From positions 127,255-191,254 of the forward strand of contig NMRA01000184.1 in NCBI GenBank assembly GCA_002633005.1: a DNA stretch of 64,000 nucleotides, given 5' to 3'. The DNA is from Phoronis australis (lineage: Eukaryota; Animalia; Phoronida). The notes below the pieces were generated by a model that worked only from the letters and a program-made list of their open reading frames with translations, did no database searches and was not told the DNA's origin. Below, piece by piece: positions 48,984 through 60,527 of this stretch (position 1 is the stretch's first letter; every line of letters starts with the position of its first letter). A program made the position numbers and the translations under genes.

Positions 48984-49226
48984 TAGCATGATTAGAAAAC
49001 GGCCAATCGCCATACAAATAAAAAAGATCATGTTAACTCATTGTTTCATCTATTTTCATAAGACATCATCAGGATATGTACAGTAGGACAGCAGGTGTCG
49101 CAAATGGTAATCGACACTTGTTGTCCTGCTGTACATATCCTGATGATGTCTTATGAACAGACAGAAGGTTGAGTTAATATGAACTTTTTTATTTGTGCAG
49201 CGATTGTCTGTTTTCTAATCGTACTA
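48984..49226. repeat. Foldback palindrome (about 115-bp arms, 11-nt loop), probable hairpin MITE
   Basis: TTCATAAGACATCATCAGGATATGTACAGTAGGACAGCAGGTGTCG-caaatggtaat-CGACACTTGTTGTCCTGCTGTACATATCCTGATGATGTCTTATGAA; outer arms also pair; TA at both ends. Confidence 0.9.
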
Positions 49227-49774
49227 TGGCCAAAAATGATGTAATTACCACATAGCAATTATTGACAGCAATGGCTGTTAATAACTTGGGTGACATCAAA
49301 ATTATCCTTTCATATCATATCAAAGTGTTGACACTTCACTGTTAAACCCACTGGCACAACATTATCTTCGATCCAGGACTGATGTTCATACCGACCAACA
49401 CACCCAAAACATCAGTATATCTACGTTGGTATGCATGGCCCTGTAGAAGTTATTTTTGTCAGTACACATCCACTTGTCTATTGTATTGTGCCCAAAACTG
49501 AAGAATTTTCATCGTAATTGACTTTTCTTAGCATTTTTTTTATACCATGATTGCATTTGAATAGTCAAAAATTGCTAACAAACATAGCATGTAAAGATTA
49601 CGTATGTGAATTTGATACCTATTTGCTGCAGGAGATAATGATAAACAAAAGAAATATACATAGATCAGTCTTTGCTGTGTATTTGCCTTGGTCTTGTAAA
49701 ATCATAGTCTTACAGTTACAGAACACACAGTACAAATGTGTGAAGGCTGAATGTTGTTGAAGATAAATACTACA

Positions 49775-51091
49775 GGCTATCTGCCTGCCAGTGTTTTATC
49801 CATTTGACAGATTGATTGCTTAGTATGAAAAACATTTCCTTGCATCTTTACAGAGATTGATTGTTAAAGGAACAGTTCGTCTATTTGAAGCACTTTTGGG
49901 AGCATTCGTTTTGAAAATCCAAGTGTGTTTTTAAAGTGTTTTGTTTTTTATTGCTTTTGAGTATTTTGCATATATTTGTCAATGGCTGCACTTGATTCAC
50001 TCCACCAGTCCAGGTGGGTCAACTGACCTGGACATTTGATTGGTCTGTAAGCTGGAAGTTTTCATTGAGAATCAATCAGCTGACTTCTAAGCTATGGATT
50101 AGGAGGAACTGACTGCTAGGTTGCTAAGTGCTTGAGAATGTGCTCATCCTATAAACTGTAGTGCCATGACAACCCTACTGGCTGAACTTGAGTACTTGAT
50201 TTTAGTCCCGTTCAGACATCAACTTTTGGCCTGGCGCAACTGACACGGAGCAAATTGACCCATGTCAAGCGGCCGTTTACACACACAACTCACTAACCGT
50301 GGCAAGACGGAAATTGTAGGCTGGAAAGTGGATCACACATGTGCAGGTTTACTAATTACGAGAGTTGTAGAGACAAAGAAGCCCTATGTAGGTCCTTAGG
50401 CATGCGCAGTAGAGATGACCCTTTCAGCCTTGNGGCTATCTGCCTGCCAGTGTTTTATCCATTTGACAGATTGATTGCTTAGTATGAAAAACATTTCCTT
50501 GCATCTTTACAGAGATTGATTGTTAAAGGAACAGTTCGTCTATTTGAAGCACTTTTGGGAGCATTCGTTTTGAAAATCCAAGTGTGTTTTTAAAGTGTTT
50601 TGTTTTTTATTGCTTTTGAGTATTTTGCATATATTTGTCAATGGCTGCACTTGATTCACTCCACCAGTCCAGGTGGGTCAACTGACCTGGACATTTGATT
50701 GGTCTGTAAGCTGGAAGTTTTCATTGAGAACCAATCAGCTGACTTCTGAGCTATGGATTTGGAGGAACTGACTGCTAGGTTGCTAAGTGCTTGAGAATGT
50801 GCTCATCCTATAAACTGTAGTGCCATGACAACCCTACTGGCTGAACTTGAGTACTTGATTTTAGTCCTGTTCAGACATCAACTTTTGGCCTGGCGCAACT
50901 GACACGGAGCAAATTGACCCATGTCAAACGGCCGTTTACACACACAACTCACTAACCGTGGCAAGATGGAAATTGTAGGCTGGAGAGTGGATCACACATG
51001 TGCAGGTTTACTAATTACGAGAGTTGTAGAGACAAAGAAGCCCTATGTAGGTCATTAGGCATGCGCAGTAGAGATGACCCTTTCAGCCTTG
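49775..51091. other. Probable assembly artefact: 658-bp tandem duplicate (49775-50432, 50434-51091) joined by a single N at 50433
   Basis: Near-identical copies with a handful of SNPs abut the N exactly; typical unmerged haplotype overlap. Confidence 0.88.
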
Positions 51092-51285
51092 CCCCAGTTT
51101 CGCGTTTGGACATATAATTGACACGGAGCAAAGTGTTCGGGCGCAAATTGCTCTACCTCACAAACGGGTGGAAAAAATTTTGTCACCGCGGTGTCAATTT
51201 GCTCCGTGTCAGTCTTGTTTACACACTGGAACAACTCGTTCCATGTCAGCTGATCCGTGTCAACTTCTGAAGTGTAAACGGCACT
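50863..51285 (-). mobile_element. Harbinger-like MITE family B (reverse); partial duplicate at 50204-50432
   Basis: AGTCCTGTTCAGAC / GTGTAAACGGCACT termini; TTT on both flanks. Confidence 0.85.
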
Positions 51286-51818
51286 TTTGTCACATGTACC
51301 ATTTTACGGGTTGCGCAGGTGCTCCGTTGGACTGGGCTTTAATTGTGTGGCATCATCCCTCAATTCAGTGTAAGAGGACCCGAGGGATCAGGGTACACAA
51401 GGGTTGTTGGTGGGGACCCAGAGTATGGTAAAGTGCGATCAAATTAGAGCACAGAAATGCAGAACAGTAAATTTTTTTTGAAAATTTCCAGCAATTGCAA
51501 ACTTATTAGAAAACAATTTTACTTGATAAATTAAAAGACTTTATACAGTATGACTGTCATCAGAAATTTTGATCATTTTTTGGCAAATACTGTGAGCATT
51601 TGAAAAATAAAAAATGACAATTTGGCCAATATTTTTGTTTGAATTTGAAGAAACTTTGTTGTATGTGCCTGACGTTAGTGTTATTTGGTAATAATCATTG
51701 GCCTTTTGTAAAGTCTTTACATGTAAGCTCTTTACAGGTAATTATAGTACTTATGTCATTATTAAGTAAATTGAATTTTATGGTGAAAAATTTAATGTTG
51801 ATTTGTGTTTGTTTTTAG

Positions 51819-52030
51819 GTTTTATCCTCAGTACTCTATACACATTCCAAGCAGTTGCCTGTGATGGTCAGACTATAAAAATAAGCTGTCCGAGAGGTTC
51901 CACAATATCAGTGCAAAAGGCAGAGTATGGTCGACAAGTGTCCAGCGACAAAATGTGCCCGTATAGACGACACCATCCCTTCTCCTTTGCTCAAGAAGAT
52001 ACTAACTGTATGTCAGACTCTTCAGATGAG
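51819..52030 (+). CDS. EVA1C: EVA-1/EVA1C-like receptor exon 2, N-terminal half of the first SUEL (galactose/rhamnose-binding) lectin domain; gene likely continues beyond the window
   Basis: gtttttag acceptor, gtaata donor; FILSTLYTFQAVACDGQTIKISCPRGSTISVQKAEYGR...CP...EDTNC fits the EVA-1 family pattern ACD-x5-CP-x2-STISV-x-A-x-YG. Confidence 0.85.
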
Positions 52031-52397
52031 GTAATATTGCTAGTTAAGTGTTTGTTGAAGTCTTAGACGGCTCAACACTACACTTTTTGAACGCTTCGTT
52101 ATCTGAAACAGAATCCGGTTTAATTTCTTGTCTTAATAATCTCTTTAACTTTTATGATTGGTAAGACTGGGTATACTGTTTCTGAAGTCATTTTCCTTGT
52201 TTTTTAAAACTATTTGAAGTGGGAAATGAACTTCTACCAATTTCTCAAAATCAATAAATGTTTTTAACTTGGCATTAGCGGGGGGGGGTTATAGACATGC
52301 CGCCACTAGGGTGCATATTTTGCTCTTTCGTTGTTTGGTATTGCCTTGGCTTCCCATTTTTGTGGTTGCCCTGTTATTGCATTTGTCTGGATTTTGA

Positions 52398-52421
52398 ATG
52401 TGTGTGTGTGTGTGTGTGTGT
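52398..52421. repeat. (TG)n microsatellite
   Basis: Seen directly. Confidence 0.9.
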
Positions 52422-54110
52422 ATGTCTCCACACCCATTATGTGCGAGATTACCTCCCCCCCTACCCATAATGTGTATTTTTGAAAAAAATTCTTTTAGGC
52501 CCCCAATATATAACTTTTTGTCAAGTAATTGTTCCATTGTTTAGCGTCATTGCTGTGGTTATTGTTTTCATCTTTTAAGTTTGACATCATTCATCATTTT
52601 TGAAATAGGCAAATTTTTAATGTCAAGTACTCAATGGGCTGTAATGCAAGTACAATAATTTTTCATTAATTTAGACCAGTAGCTGAAATGCATGGATTTC
52701 ATTTGGGAGATTATGATTGACATTAATGGTGATGCGAATATTGTGCGACCATTTGTTTCTCTATCTCACAGCTTAGAAGAGCAGGATATATTGCGCAATT
52801 ACAGTGTTGTCTCATGAACACGTACCAACTTTTAGGTAATGTCTTTCATTGTTCAACGGCACAATTATTGTAATTGGGCATTTTCCTGAATTATCATTCA
52901 GATTTTGCAGCTTCAGATTCAGAAGGGTCTTAACAGCCCGCTAAGCTCACTTTTTCATTGGTGGAATGGAGGAATCTCTAACACCCACTGTGTTTAGCTA
53001 TGATCTGGTTGCAAGATGATTATGGATCCAAAACTTGAAGGAATTTCAAATGTCTCACCATTGCCCTTCACCCCGGACTCAAGGTCCTGGATTTGCACCT
53101 CAGAAGAACTTCAAATTCCTCTTTTGTCAGACCCCCCCCCAGACCTCCTGGTCACAAAATCTTGGATCCATCCCTTGGGAGACTCCTGTGTTTGACCATT
53201 GTCAGTCTTCTTGATCACAACTGAGACCTTGGATCTATGCCTTTAGGTGCTGTCAACGGTATCAACTGCGTCATCACCATCATTATCATCAATTATGGTA
53301 CATAAAACACTGTTGACAGTCTAGAAACCCAGTTCCTTCATTAAGAAAATGGAGATCATTTTGCTGGAATGATGTGTAGTGTACAAACAACATGTGATTC
53401 ATACTAAAGCCTGGATTCTGGCCAAAATGATGGCTCTTTGCCTCTTGAAAATAAGGTGCGAGCATATCATCAATACCTGTTTGGCTATTTTGATACATCT
53501 GTATTACTTTTGATTGAAATGAGCAGTTTTATCTGGGAAGTCATCTGCAAAGAAATATTTTTGACACTACACCTGTTAAGGTGTTTGTGATATATTTGAA
53601 TTAGAAAACAGTTTTTGTGATCATCATACGCATATTAAGCTACTTTATGCATTATGCAAATACCATGAATGTCTTTTGTTAAAAAATCATTTTATCGCGA
53701 AAGTTTTCTATTACCCTAAGTACAATTTAATGCCAAGTTATCTTCATGACTCCTCTGTTGTCAAGGTAGCAAATTAAAACTGTTTTCTTGTAATTTTAAT
53801 CAACTAATGATATGCAATATTTTATGGTGTGATAATCGGAACCATTCAACTTTCATCTCTTCATCTCAGTGACATTGAAGTGTGTTTCTCTTGTCCCTGT
53901 TTCCCAATCTGGTGTTCAAAATGGATGGTGTTGACAGGGATCAAATGCAATTTCTTCTAGTCGAGGACATATTCAGACATTGGGCCTTTCCATATGAACG
54001 GTTTGATAATTCCACTACACAATAGCAGCAATTTGACACCATGATGGCAGTAAAAAATATAAAACCGTTGGGCTATTCCTCTGTACCATCTAACTTCCAG
54101 CCATCTAGCT

Positions 54111-54265
54111 CTGGGGCGGATCCAGGATTTTGAGTTGGGGGTAGCCAGGGCAGGGTATTAGCCAGGATTTTGTCCGTCAGACATTTGGACCCCTGTACTG
54201 CCAAATGGAATCTGGGAGAATTGTAGGGGGGCCGTGGCCTTGCCACCCCCTTAAACCCGCCACTG
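54111..54265. mobile_element. hAT-like MITE (same family as 18764-18924) inserted in a 15-bp ACCAGCCATCTAGCT tandem repeat
   Basis: CTGGGGCGGATCCAGG ... AAACCCGCCACTG; decayed 5-bp TSD TAGCT/TCACT. Confidence 0.75.
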
Positions 54266-54346
54266 TCACTACCAGCCATCTAGCTATCAACTGTCTAGCT
54301 ACCAGCCATGTAGCCACCAGCCATCAGGCTCAAAGTAAAACATTCA

Positions 54347-54852
54347 AGGCCCTTTCATATTGACTTAACTCCGGTCTGAGCGGAGCGTCGACGTAAACAG
54401 TGCAGTTAACTGGACCGTTCATACTGGCTTCGGTAGTTAATGACCATCGAAGTAAAGGGTTGGTGACGCTGACGTCATCAAAGTTATCGCAAGGTAACGC
54501 TGCACGCTAAGATTTTTTTCAATGTGACAATTTGGAACATTTAAATGTGCTAAATGACATAAAACTCATTTTTAAATCGATTGGTTATCATTAAACCAAA
54601 AAATAAGTAGTTATTAGTGACAGCACTACTCTGTAACTGTTGACGATAACAGTGGCACCTGGCGATAACTTCGATTGGACCAGAGTTAAGCGTTCATACT
54701 GCACCGCAGCATCGACGCTGCAGTCTTAAATCCACCTATTAACTGCGATGTTAACTGGAGCTCTTAACTGCGATCCAGGACTGGAGTTAAGCGTTCATAC
54801 TGACCGCAACTCCCCAAACCATCAACGCGTCGACGTTAGTATGAAAGGCCCT
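54347..54852 (+). mobile_element. PIF/Harbinger-like MITE family A, copy 3, TSD TCA
   Basis: TCA|AGGCCCTTTCATATTGAC ... GTTAGTATGAAAGGCCCT|TCA. Confidence 0.88.
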
Positions 54853-55139
54853 TCAGACTGTTCATCCTCAGAATTGCTTCAAATCAGTGATCTAAATCAA
54901 CTTAGCTCTTGGAAGTTTTGGAATTTTGAACTTAAGGATTTCAAACAAAGTTCTTATTTTTGTTGTAAGTTGGACTATTTATTCATTTGAATTGTTGATT
55001 AATGACTAAGTTATTGAAGGGAAAGATGCCCTTAAGGTTAATTCAAAACTTTTCAAAAGTTCACCCTTTTCTTACCTGTGGGTCATAGTCTTGAATTAAA
55101 TGTACTTACATAAAAGCAGTTAAATCCTGCCTTCCATCA

Positions 55140-55415
55140 CAAATAACAACTTTTATACCACTGCTAAGAATTTAGTCTCAACTTGTTCCTTAATGAAATT
55201 AGGGTGACTTTGGAACTTCTAAAAAACTGACAGTTCGTTTGTTTCATATCAGGCAATACAATTTGAATTGTCTCGGCGTTACATATTAAGTGCCAAGAAT
55301 GGTCTCAAGGAATAAAAACTGTCTATACAAACCTATAAATCACTTCTTATCTGAGTAAAGAACAATTTCAATACCAATTTTACAGTGACAAGTGGTCTAC
55401 ATCAAAAGTTTGATT
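55140..55415. repeat. Old palindromic dispersed repeat (family F); relatives at about 4430-4670, 7570-7680 and 25325-25500
   Basis: Shared motif CATCTGAGTAAGGAACAAGTTGAGACCA...AAGTGGTCTAAATCAAAAGTT and its reverse complement. Confidence 0.6.
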
Positions 55416-56675
55416 CTTGGATGGAAGGGGGTTTAGTTAAGCAAGTTCAGTTTAGACCTTGTTTACCCCTGTTGGTGGATTATGTAACAATACATGTGGG
55501 TAGCCTGGATCATGACTCTTCAGGAAACAGGTGACAAGCTGGCATCTTATACTTCTTGGAAATAACTTTTTGTTTGTTATCAATACCTTCATGAGGCACT
55601 CTTCACGGAAATGTTTTAGTCTGGTAAGATGCAACAGTTTTCGGAAATGGCCTTTATTTGTAACCATTTTAATGGGACTCATTCCCAGAAATGATTCCAA
55701 TTGGCTGTGGGAATATGCTCAGTTATACCAAGCCTTTCCTTTACTAATTGAGACGTAGATACCCCTGTTTATGAGTTGTCAGGTTCCTGTTACATTGTGT
55801 TGTTATTCATAACAGATGGGATACAGGCTGTGTATTCCTGTGGCTCTGCCCAGTGGGAGTAAAGGGGACATCCCGTTGATGGATTGGGTAGTCACTATAT
55901 AGCCAGCCCATTTCCAAAGCAATAAAGCATCTATCATCTGATGTTTGAAATTGCTTGGATTGAATTTGTTCAGTCCATTAGTATGAAAGCCGCACACATT
56001 GTCATAGATCATAGGCAACCAGATTCGGAACTTGTTGTCATAACTGTTAGCCTTCTTGGAGGGCATTTCCACACCTTCAGGTTTACCAAACCCATTAACC
56101 ACAAGTTAAACCAAATTAAAGTGAGGACCCAGCAGGTGCTGCTATGCAACTTCTCAGATCTCACTGATTAAGACTTCAAATACTATGACATCATCCATAA
56201 GTGACATAATCTGTTTATTAGTGTCAACATCTCGACACAGCATCAGTATGTTCTGCTTTTTGATGTCCACAACATTTACTGCATTTAACTGATGCCCATT
56301 GTATTCATACACAGTTGCATATTTTTTATTTGTGCTTCCTACACTATGTACCCCTATTTCACGGTTCCATTTCACAAACTTGGCTAGAAAAAATAAAACA
56401 GTGGCATGGTGTTTCTGGGTGTTGTAGTAGCGGATATTTTCTGTTTGCTGTGTGGCCTCGATCCAAATCTCCTGCTTTTTCATTTTGGATTGTTGTCGAC
56501 TATGTAAATCACAATAGGTAAATGATAACCAGATCACATTAGGGCTTAAGCTTGATAAGATCTTTAAACAAGGTCAATTCCAACACTTCCTGCCCCACCT
56601 ATCTTAGAGTGCATTTTCAGTATTTTTTAAGTGGCCAGTGCTTCCTGTCAAAAAGAGTTTGATTTAGGCCTATTT

Positions 56676-56842
56676 CAGGGGTGGATCCAGGATTTTTAAA
56701 AGGGTGGGTCAGATCAAGGATTTTCTAGAAGGAGGGTCCAAGTCAACAATTTGAAAATTCTAGATTTGACGTCACTAAAATCAAGGGAAAAAAGGGGGGT
56801 TGCCGGGGTTGGACCCCTTGATCCCCCTTGGATCCACCTATG
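56676..56842. mobile_element. hAT-like MITE (CAGGGGTGGATCCAGG ... GGATCCACCTATG)
   Basis: TIRs of the same type as the 15222 and 18764 copies; TSD decayed (TATTT/CACTT). Confidence 0.65.
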
Positions 56843-59247
56843 CACTTGTTCTTTACTCAGTTTAGAAATGATCGTTGGGCTCGAAGATCTGACAGTGTCC
56901 ATTATTTCTTCAGACCAAGCTCACAAAATTCCACATCACTCTGTGGGGTGAACTGAAATTTTATCAGCTTCATCTCTAGTGCTAACAAAGTTATCAATTC
57001 TTTCAAAGGCCAAAAATTTCCTCTAATTTCAATAATGTTCAATTTGAGACCACTTTCATATTGGTAAGTGGTCTAAATCAAAACTTGTTTTCTGTGACAG
57101 AAAACACGGTTTTAATATCTCTCTACATTTAAGTGGGTTTTGGTGTCTGGATTTGGTGACTGCATCACAGCAGCTGATTGTTTGGTTTTTGAAGGCATGT
57201 CTCAAGTAGCTGCAGACAAAAACAACTGTCTTCTAACCAAAGTTGTTGCTTTCTTTTGTGTGGTCCTTTCGCTTTGCATGGGAAAGCTCCCTGCATTGTG
57301 AGCTTTATATGGGAGTAGCCAATTAAAACAGTGAGCATGTCATGTTGGGTGATACAGGTTGGGTCCCAGTATTCCTTGCAATGTTGATGCACATGAGCTA
57401 GGGAAGGATTTTATGGTCCAATTGTGAACTAAATGGGCAATAAACCCACAACTTCTGTCATAAACCAGAAACCAGGCCAGTTACAGTTTCTACAAGTGTC
57501 ATTTTGTTCTTCACTACATTTTGAAATAGTTTTGAAACCACTTATACCTCTGTGAAGAAAATCATTGTTGTTAGTACCAGAATGTGATTTATGTCGTGAT
57601 TTTAAGCAAGGGAAATGTATTATGAACAAATAACTGTGGTTATGTTTGTATTTCAGGACTGTCTTTTTCCGGTTACATGTATCCCTAATCATTCGATGTT
57701 GTCTTCTTCCTGAAGTATAACTATTAAGTATCAGCTCATAAAAGTATGTATTTTTTGAAACAAAGAGTCAAGGCAAATCTTTTCATTTATTCACAACACT
57801 GTGCCATTGTCGTGGTTACGTGATCATGCATTTTTGGTGAAATATCATTCTTGAAAGGTGCATTGATCAGGGAAAAGTCCTTTCGCCAGCATTAATATAA
57901 CCTTCTGTGTTATAACTTTGATAAAAGTGCTCAAAAACGAGTCTGGGATTTTAGTGTTTTTTAATTGCAATAATGCCTTCAGTGTTTTGCACTTTCCTTA
58001 GAATAATGCAACTCTTAATTTTAAATGAAGCATACAAAAATAATGTACTTTCATAAAAAACCTGAGACTCAGTTTTCACATTAAGGTATTGTGCTGTCAG
58101 AAAATTCAAACTCGGTTACAATTCGTTGACTCTTACACGAAATATCATGTGATGAAGTTTGGATTCATCCTCAAAGAGCAACCGCTGAAAAACTCAATTT
58201 TAAGTCAACAGTGGAACACTCGCCATTTTGTTCTTAACTTACGTATGTCCCAAACTATACTTTATGTTCGTGACAGTGGCTGTAATGTATTCCAATTTTC
58301 GGTATTTAGTTTAATAACGCTGATTTTATTAACCAAAGAAGTAGTCTTAGGGTATTTTGATACTGAAATTTGAGTTGTGTTGTCCAATGTCGTTCATGTG
58401 ATTCACTGTAGGTAGAATTAAATCTAGGTAAACAGGTCGTCTTCGAGTGAGTCAGATTTATCACAAAATAAATTGTATGAAACTAAACAGAACTATTTGG
58501 CGAGAGTTATGTGAGGAAATATCATAACTTGGGCTTTGCACTAATTTTTATTGAACTCATGGCAAGCTTTCTAATTGAGACGATCAAGTGTTCAGTTAGC
58601 GAACTTCAGGACTGTTTGACTTCATCTGGAGCGGGGAATCGAGTCTCGCATGCTGTCACTCTTGCAGCAGACATATTTTCCTTCACGATTTACTTTTACG
58701 TGGTATAATAATGAATAAAATTTTCAAAACTTAGAAAACAATACTATAGACAGCCAATTCAGTCTGCAGAGTGTGTGGGTTGAGAAACAATAGGACTTTG
58801 CATTGTGGGAACATTTTGGCAGGAGGTTTGATTTGATTAACAGTCTGCATGTAAACAAAAACTGTGCAGTGCATGTTGGTGACACCTTTTCCAAAAGCAA
58901 TGTTTTACTCTAGAAAACAAGTATTTGTATGAAATTATGTTTATTTGAAACCATCGCACACTTTGCTGCTTTCACAGCCCAATATTTTTAATATAACATT
59001 ATTTATGAACTAGGGTTGCACATAATGTTAAGCGACATCTTGCGACAGTCCTGACTATGAAGGTCACATTACCCTCATTGGCCCACCCAGGAACGTATGC
59101 ACTGGTTCATTTGACTAACTTCTTATGTGTTGCATTTGTGGGAACTTGACATAAAATGCGTAATATCCATGAGATTGGTGCCTTTGGCTCCATACGAAAA
59201 CCTCTGTTATGCATTGTGATGGTAAATGGAATTCTGAATTGGTGGAG

Positions 59248-59557
59248 CAGCAATATTCCTGACCAGGTTTTAACCTGTGCCCTTTGGGTGCACCTGATGA
59301 TAAAAAGTGTGCCTTTTTCAAGAAGTTGTGGCCAGGTTGAGACTTTGCATAAGTAATGTGGTAACATATGAAACACAAACCCAAAGAGCAATCTAAATGA
59401 TAACAGTCATGTTTACACGACTGGCTGTAAGTTGACTAGAATCTTGCATTTTTGAAGACTGTTGTGTTTTAAACGATGCACCCAGAGGGCGTAGCTACAA
59501 TGTACTTTTTATTTATTTATGCGCTAATGGTGCAATGGCACAGTCCAGGAATCTCTG
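59248..59557 (+). mobile_element. hAT-like MITE (family G) with 8-bp TSD
   Basis: CAGCAATATTCCTG ... CAGGAATCTCTG; flanks TGGTGGAG / TGGTGGAA (7/8). Confidence 0.78.
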
Positions 59558-60104
59558 TGGTGGAATAACTAATGTAGATCTGTTGAGAATTTATGGAAAG
59601 TTGAACAGTATAGCCAACTGGTGTACATCTTAATTGAATGCATGAGATCTTCAAGTCTCCAGCATTCCAGTTAATAATGAAACTCTGTTCTAAAGTTTAA
59701 GCATGCAAACTATAATGACTCATTAGTCGGATGTTGAACTCAGGTTGTTTATTCGCCTGTGGGGCATCTTGCTGACCAGTGGAATGGATACATGGTGCAG
59801 TTTAAACAAACAGGATGTAAGCCAGTGTCTAGTGGCTTGTTTTCCTATTTTCGATCTATTGTGATTGGCACTTGTCACTTCGACTTTCCAAGTGGAAAAT
59901 ACCAGATGTGCACGCCCTCTCTGCGGTCTCTGAATGTCTTGCTTGTCCTAGTTAGTGCTGCCACCAATTAGCAAAACTGTATACCTGGCGTGCTTTCTTC
60001 AAATATAGCAATTTTGTGAATCAGTGCTATTAACTGGGTCAGTTTACACTATTGTTTGCTGATTCTAAATGTTGAGTGCTGGAACATGCCTGATGTATAC
60101 CAAA

Positions 60105-60527
60105 AGCCGCATTTACAGGAGGGAGACCTGACATGGAGCAGCTAACACAACACGGAACAGCTGATCAAGTGCAAGTGTGTATGTAAACGCGACGATTTTT
60201 GACACCATTTTGATAGGTAGAGCAATGTGCACTCGATCAATTGCTCCGGTTTCAACTACACGTCTAAACACAACTGGGGCAGGACGGAAAGTGATCGTCT
60301 TTCAGTGTGCTTGCGCAATGGCGTATATACGGGTGATCAGCTGGTACTTCATGTGGTTTGGATGTTTGCTATGGTTTATGCCAGCATGTGCATGCAGACT
60401 TCATGTAAGTGACTCATGCTGATTCACCTTGCGATATAATGTCGTGTAAATGTGACCAAATTAATCTGGAGCAAGTTGCGCCGTGACATCTGACATGGGG
60501 ACAACTGTCTCTCGTGTAAAAGCCGCT
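60105..60527 (+). mobile_element. MITE family C (Harbinger-like)
   Basis: Imperfect TIR AGCCGCATTTACAGG / CGTGTAAAAGCCGCT; homology to 38160-38607 and family B. Confidence 0.7.

Noticed and set aside
49775-51091. 658-bp tandem duplication as a real segmental duplication
   Set aside because: Copies abut a single N and differ by a few SNPs; typical unmerged haplotype overlap.
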